From Octopus vulgaris (lineage: Eukaryota), in the NCBI GenBank assembly GCA_951406725.2, contig CATOCA020000001.1, positions 11,222,001 to 11,286,000 on the forward strand: a stretch of DNA of 64,000 bases, written 5' to 3'. The position numbers were made by a program, and so were the translations under genes. The number at the start of each line of letters is the position of its first letter. The first letter of the stretch is position 1. The notes below the pieces were generated by a model that was not told where the DNA came from, did not search any database, and saw nothing but the letters and a program-made list of their open reading frames with translations. Below, piece by piece: positions 60,571-64,000 of the stretch.

Positions 60571-62184
60571 ACAAGAGAAGGATTTAAAAAACTTAACTGG
60601 AATTTCCTATATGGGGATTGTCTAGTTACCTTAGTTGTGTCTGACAAAGAAATTCAATGCTTGATTCGGAGAAAAGGAGTAACAAGGGGTTTCATTGAAC
60701 CACATCAGTGGTAAGTAAGAAGAAGGAGTTTATTAACAGCAGGGAGCATAACTGTGACTGAGAAACAAAGAGGACCTGGTAGTATGAAGCATACTTTTGC
60801 TAATTGTTTCAGATGCCTGTGTAGTCAGGAGCAGACAGTGACAACCCCTCAGAATTCTGTCTTCTGTCTAGCAGAATGTTGACAATGTAATAGACGGGGA
60901 GAGAGAGAGAGAGAGGGAGAGAGAGAGACTGACAGAGACAGACCGTGAGAGAGTATGAGAGAGAGGTATGAATGAAGACAATAAAAGGAAGAGAAGGATA
61001 AAGAATGGAAAGAAGGGAGAGAAAGGAAGGAAGGAAGAAAGAAAGAAAGACAGAAAGGAAGAAAGAAAGAAAGAAAGAAAGAAAGACAGAAAGAAAGAAA
61101 GAAAGAAAGAAAGGGATAGAAAGAAAGAAAGAAAGAAAGGGAAAGGAAGGAGATCAAATTCTGCCGAGGTCGACTTTGTTTTTCTTCCTTCCAGGGTAGC
61201 TAAACAAGTACCAGTTCTGGGGTCAATATAATCGGTTAACCCTTCCAAAAACATAACTTTGTACCTCGATTTGAAACCGATATTTCAAGAACAGTTTGTT
61301 TTTATCTCCGTTTCGACATTTGGTGACTTTCATATTTATTTTTCAATTTCAACAATTAGCTTCTTTACTGATTAAGAGAATAATATCAGCAATGATCTAC
61401 TTGAAAATGCAAAGATCATTTCAACTAAACAATGGGAACCAATTTAATAAATACAAACCAGGCATTAATAATTAGAAAGTATGTCAAGGGTTTCGTTTGG
61501 ACGATCGAAATAAAAATATTGTTGTAAACAGGTTGATTACGTTAAGATAATTTAGCGAGTTTAGTCCTGTGATTCATTAAGTGTATAATATAAAGCTAAA
61601 CTTCGAACCCAAATTTAATATTAATTGTTTTATATCTGAAATTATTTTTAAGTATGCTATGGTGCTCAAAACTAAAATAATAAACGGTGGTAATATGGCA
61701 AAGATGACTTTCAAAGTATAACATAGGTTTAATCTTAAACTTGAATATATCACATAACTTCTTTTATGTCTCATGTCTTTTTCTCTCAGCTCATTTGTTC
61801 TTTACCATTCATAGAAACTAACATTACACTTCCATCGTCACCACATTTCTTTCCAAACTTTTGCAGATCCCCTCCATTCAAGGCCCATCACTTGCTACCA
61901 CGAGGCACATCGCTTTGGCCATGTCACTGACAAACAAGCCATTTGTGGCCAGCAGACAGTAACTCTCTAAACTTTATCAAACCCCGTTCTTACTGTGGCA
62001 ACTATGTCCGCGAAAGACCCGTCCTCACAACTTATTCGGTACCCTATCGTTAAAATCTGGGGATTGCGAGGAATTTATTAATCAAGCATTGTCACCACCA
62101 CCACCACCACCACCAGCATTACTACTGCTACTACAACTACTACTACACACACCTATATATATAAGTGTATATATATATATACCT

Positions 62185-62412
62185 ATTTCTTTATTACCCA
62201 CAAGGGGCTAAACATAGAGGGGACAAACAAGGACAGACAAACGGATTAAGTCGATTACATCGACCCAAGCGTGTAACTGGTACTTAATTTATCGACCCCG
62301 AAAGGATGAAAGGCAAACTGAACCTCGGCGGAATTTGAACTCAGAACGTAGCGGCATACGAAATACGGCTACGCATTTGGCCCAGCGTGCTAAAGTTTCT
62401 GCCATCTCACCG
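62185..62412 (-). mobile_element. tRNA-derived SINE family B
   Basis: Reverse complement of the family B head and body. Confidence 0.8.
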
Positions 62413-62708
62413 TTATATGTGCATTTATATATACATGTGTGTGAAAGTTCATACACATACGTACATACATACATTCATATATAGAGAGATATCTGTGTGT
62501 GCGTGCGTGTGTGTATGTGCGTGCATTCAAAGAACATATACACATAAAGGCATATACAGTATAGGCAGTTGAACAACCATACACACAGAAGTTTATAGCA
62601 AAGTAACACAAACACGCACACATACACACATTTGGGTGTATATACATACATATATATATATATGTGTGTGTGTATGCGTGTGTGTGTGTATATGTATATA
62701 TAGATAGT

Positions 62709-62741
<33 letters not shown>

Positions 62742-62899
62742 GTACATATATATATATATATATATGTGTATATATCATCATCATCATCATCATCACCACC
62801 GCTGCCACCATCGTCTTCTATCACCAAAAATACCAACAAAAAACCAAATAAGAAACCACTGCTCTCTTCCCCCACATCACCACCTCAATACTACTGCAG

Positions 62900-63062
62900 T
62901 AACAAAAACCAAAAAAAACATATGAAGCAGAATGCACCCCCCACGGCACAAACAAGAAACCCCAAAATATGCCGTTATTCTCTGCGTCAGAGACTCTGCA
63001 CAAATAGTGACTGCATCTTCACACATCTACCGGCCAAGGCCAAAGCACGCATCCCACAATAA
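62900..63062 (+). CDS. Probable LINE ORF1 remnant with a CCCH-like finger
   Basis: CRYSLRQRLCTNSDCIFTH = C-x8-C-x4-C-x3-H, just upstream of the endonuclease ORF. Confidence 0.45.
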
Positions 63063-63275
63063 CATCAACACCACCAAATAGTAAATCGAAATTCAAAACA
63101 CACACAACTCGGAGTCCCAAAATCTGCCGGTATTCCCAACGTGAGAGAATATGTCTGCTGAGTGACTGTCCCTTCACTCATCTTCCAGGGACCCGACGCA
63201 CAAACAGAAACGGGGCTTCAAGCCAACACACAAACCTGAATAAAAATAAAAATAAAAACACACCATGCTGCAGTA

Positions 63276-64000
63276 ATGCTGGTCCAGTCTTTTCAGGAAG
63301 ACACAAAAACAACAACAACAAAAGTGGAAACTACAACCCTATCCAACAGTGCAACCACACCTCCAGCCAAAAACTGCTCCCTAAGCAGGAAAATTCTTTT
63401 TAGCCATGTTGCACATGGCAAAAGAGATACACAAAAATATTCTAGCCATCACTCCACACCATCCTATGCTATTACCCCAGTGCACCAATTCCCCACATTG
63501 CTGCCACTAACACACACAAAAAATCCAAGCCCCTTGCAACAGTCAAAACCAGCCACTACACTAACCTCCACATTCCTACTCAATGCACAAGGTGTCAGCC
63601 CTTCCATCAATGCACAAAAATGGAAGGTCCAATTCATTGAAGACTGGGTTGGTAACCATTCACACCACATCCCTTTCTTCATTCTCACTGAGACCCACCT
63701 TGACAACTCCCACTTGGAAGCCGAAGTGAGAGTGAAGAATTTCACAACCATCCGCGCGGATCGTATCGGCAGAAGGAAGGGTGGAACTGCCATTTTCCTG
63801 CATGACTCGTTTACGGCAGATGGAAATAGTATATTCTCCAACGGCTACTGTGAATCAGTCACCGTGCACAACAAAGCCAATGACCTGACAGTAATTGGGC
63901 TCTATAGGCCGCCCCAAACACCCATACTGTGCTTTAAAGAATGCCTCAACAGCATTAAGTGCTTTATCCAACAGTGCCATTCTAGCAACCTACTCATGAT
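63276..64000 (+). CDS. LINE (CR1/L2/Jockey-like) ORF2 AP endonuclease, open to the window end and absent from the ORF track
   Basis: ATG at 63276, no stop to 64000. Motifs LLNAQG, ILTETHL, IRADRIGRRKGGTAIFL, VIGLYRPP. Confidence 0.85.
   Translation, partial: MLVQSFQEDTKTTTTKVETTTLSNSATTPPAKNCSLSRKILFSHVAHGKRDTQKYSSHHSTPSYAITPVHQFPTLLPLTHTKNPSPLQQSKPATTLTSTFLLNAQGVSPSINAQKWKVQFIEDWVGNHSHHIPFFILTETHLDNSHLEAEVRVKNFTTIRADRIGRRKGGTAIFLHDSFTADGNSIFSNGYCESVTVHNKANDLTVIGLYRPPQTPILCFKECLNSIKCFIQQCHSSNLLM

Overview
Eukaryotic, AT-rich, repeat-dense DNA, very probably from an octopus (inferred from the abundant tRNA-derived SINEs and microsatellites). One host gene is supported: the 3' part of a + strand gene. 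Its spliced exons (332-474, 3376-3447, 7661-7732, 11349-11554) encode a C3HC4 RING finger, a short linker and a C-terminal death domain. The linker exons appear to be duplicates of the first death-domain exon, and one copy (1949-1999) has lost its GT donor. The rest is layered transposon sequence: Helitrons, HERO- and R4/Dong-like LINE relics, mariner, Tc1, hAT, two Gypsy relics, RTE, Penelope, a near-intact Merlin transposase, a near-intact L1/Tx1 ORF2 and a LINE endonuclease ORF running off the right end. The window also holds a 121-bp tandem array built from a LINE 3' end and an ~18-kb patchwork of segmental duplications (20.2-37.9 kb) ending at an assembly gap. The duplications carry repeated NF-kB sites and unidentified decayed coding-like modules. 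All calls are by eye; boundaries of degenerate elements are approximate.
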